Of a DNA stretch of 64,000 nucleotides, positions 62,901 through 64,000 are shown one piece after another; position 1 is the first letter of the stretch; every line of letters starts with the position of its first letter. Made by a program: the position numbers and the translations under genes. The notes beneath the pieces are model-generated. The model made no database searches and was not told where the DNA came from. It saw only the letters and a program-made list of their open reading frames with translations. Source of the stretch: Saccostrea echinata (lineage: Eukaryota); the NCBI RefSeq assembly GCF_033153115.1, contig NW_026889751.1, positions 30,008,001 through 30,072,000 of the forward strand. Reading direction: 5' to 3'.

Positions 62901-64000
62901 TCAATCCTGACAGGCAGCCATTGCCATGTTTTTCTCATCCACCAACTCCTTCATGGTGATGTCCATCTTCTCTCGGGAGAAATCGTCAATTGGCAAGTCC
63001 TTGATAATCTCGTAAGTGTGGTCAGGTTTAGTACGGACGGGGAAGCTGTAGATCAACCCCTCCTCAATGCCATAGGAACCATCAGAGGGAACAGCCATAG
63101 ACACCATATTACCCTGTCATCAAAAAACATATGTGCCATCAAATTTAGCAACAAATTTAATTTTTATCAATTTTAAACATCAATTTTTAGATAATAACAG
63201 TTATAAGGAGCCACAATTATGACATCATTTCTTTTGGGGGGGGATATCACAATAAAGTTGAAGTGCCTGTAGGTATTAATTTGAAGTGGCAGTTGTGAGA
63301 CATTGTCCAACATTAATTTGCTCTGGCCTTTATTTTATAGACCTCACTTCTGACAGATCAGGCACCACACTGTGTGGCACCAAAATTTATGTGACCTACT
63401 TTCTTTGAAATTTAACTACATGTAGAAACCACATACCAAATTCAATATCATTACAAAACATAACACTATGGTGATTACCTCAGGAACTCCAAACCACCAG
63501 TCATGTACATGGTCCACGATAGCTTTAGCGGCAGACATTGCGCTGGATAACTTCCTGGCTTTGATCACAGCGGCTCCTCTCTGTTGGACTGTCTGCAATA
63601 ACAAGTGTGAAATGTATGTTATTTTCATAACCAGATTACTTTTTACATACATATTAAATAGTTCTTTTCTGTAGTTCTTTTATTCAAATCAAAAATATGC
63701 ATTGGTTTTTAAACTATCTCTTGAATGTCACATAATATATAGAGAAAACATTATGTCTCTTGCTTTAATAGCAAGCAAAAACATATAAAGTTTTCATTAA
63801 AGTAGTTTTGTTTGATATTTATTTGATTATAACAACATAAACTTCACAAAGATTACCTTGACAAACTCGTTCTTGACCCAGTTATCATCCTTGATGGCCT
63901 CGCGAGCCTTGACTTCCTCCCCCTTTATGTTGACAACGGCGTAGGTCAGATCTGGATACTGAGTGGAGGAATGGTTCCCCCAAATCACACAATTACGTAC
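62901..64000 (-). CDS. MDH1: Cytosolic malate dehydrogenase, 3' exons (5' part outside the window)
   Basis: Exons >64000-63857, 63592-63479, 63113-62901; [55 protein letters not shown]. Confidence 0.95.

Overview
AT-rich, intron-containing animal DNA, most likely a bivalve. An oyster (Ostreidae) is suggested by ~166-bp satellite monomers inside Helentron-type HINE elements and by intronless B-box/NHL genes. Genes read exon by exon: SETD3 (+, 15 coding exons, 5023-24483); two intronless RING-less B-box/coiled-coil/NHL TRIM-like paralogues (-), one nested in SETD3 intron 2 and one convergent with the SETD3 3' end; a large bark beetle/anakonda-like membrane protein (+, 15 coding exons, 32400-50935); RSPH9 (-) head-to-head with NUDT22 (+); and the 3' part of cytosolic MDH1 (-). 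Introns and spacers are dense with MITEs, HINEs, a tRNA-SINE and decayed Penelope-like and L1/Tx1-like fragments. Most notable: (1) a ~20-copy 62-bp tandem array made from a bark exon end plus its 5' splice site, with a smaller junction duplication in SETD3; (2) a candidate alternative last exon of bark ending in a CaaX box; (3) TRIM-NHL paralogues that combine nucleotide-identical scaffold patches with variable propeller-face residues. All calls were made by eye without database searches, so boundaries may be off by a few bases.
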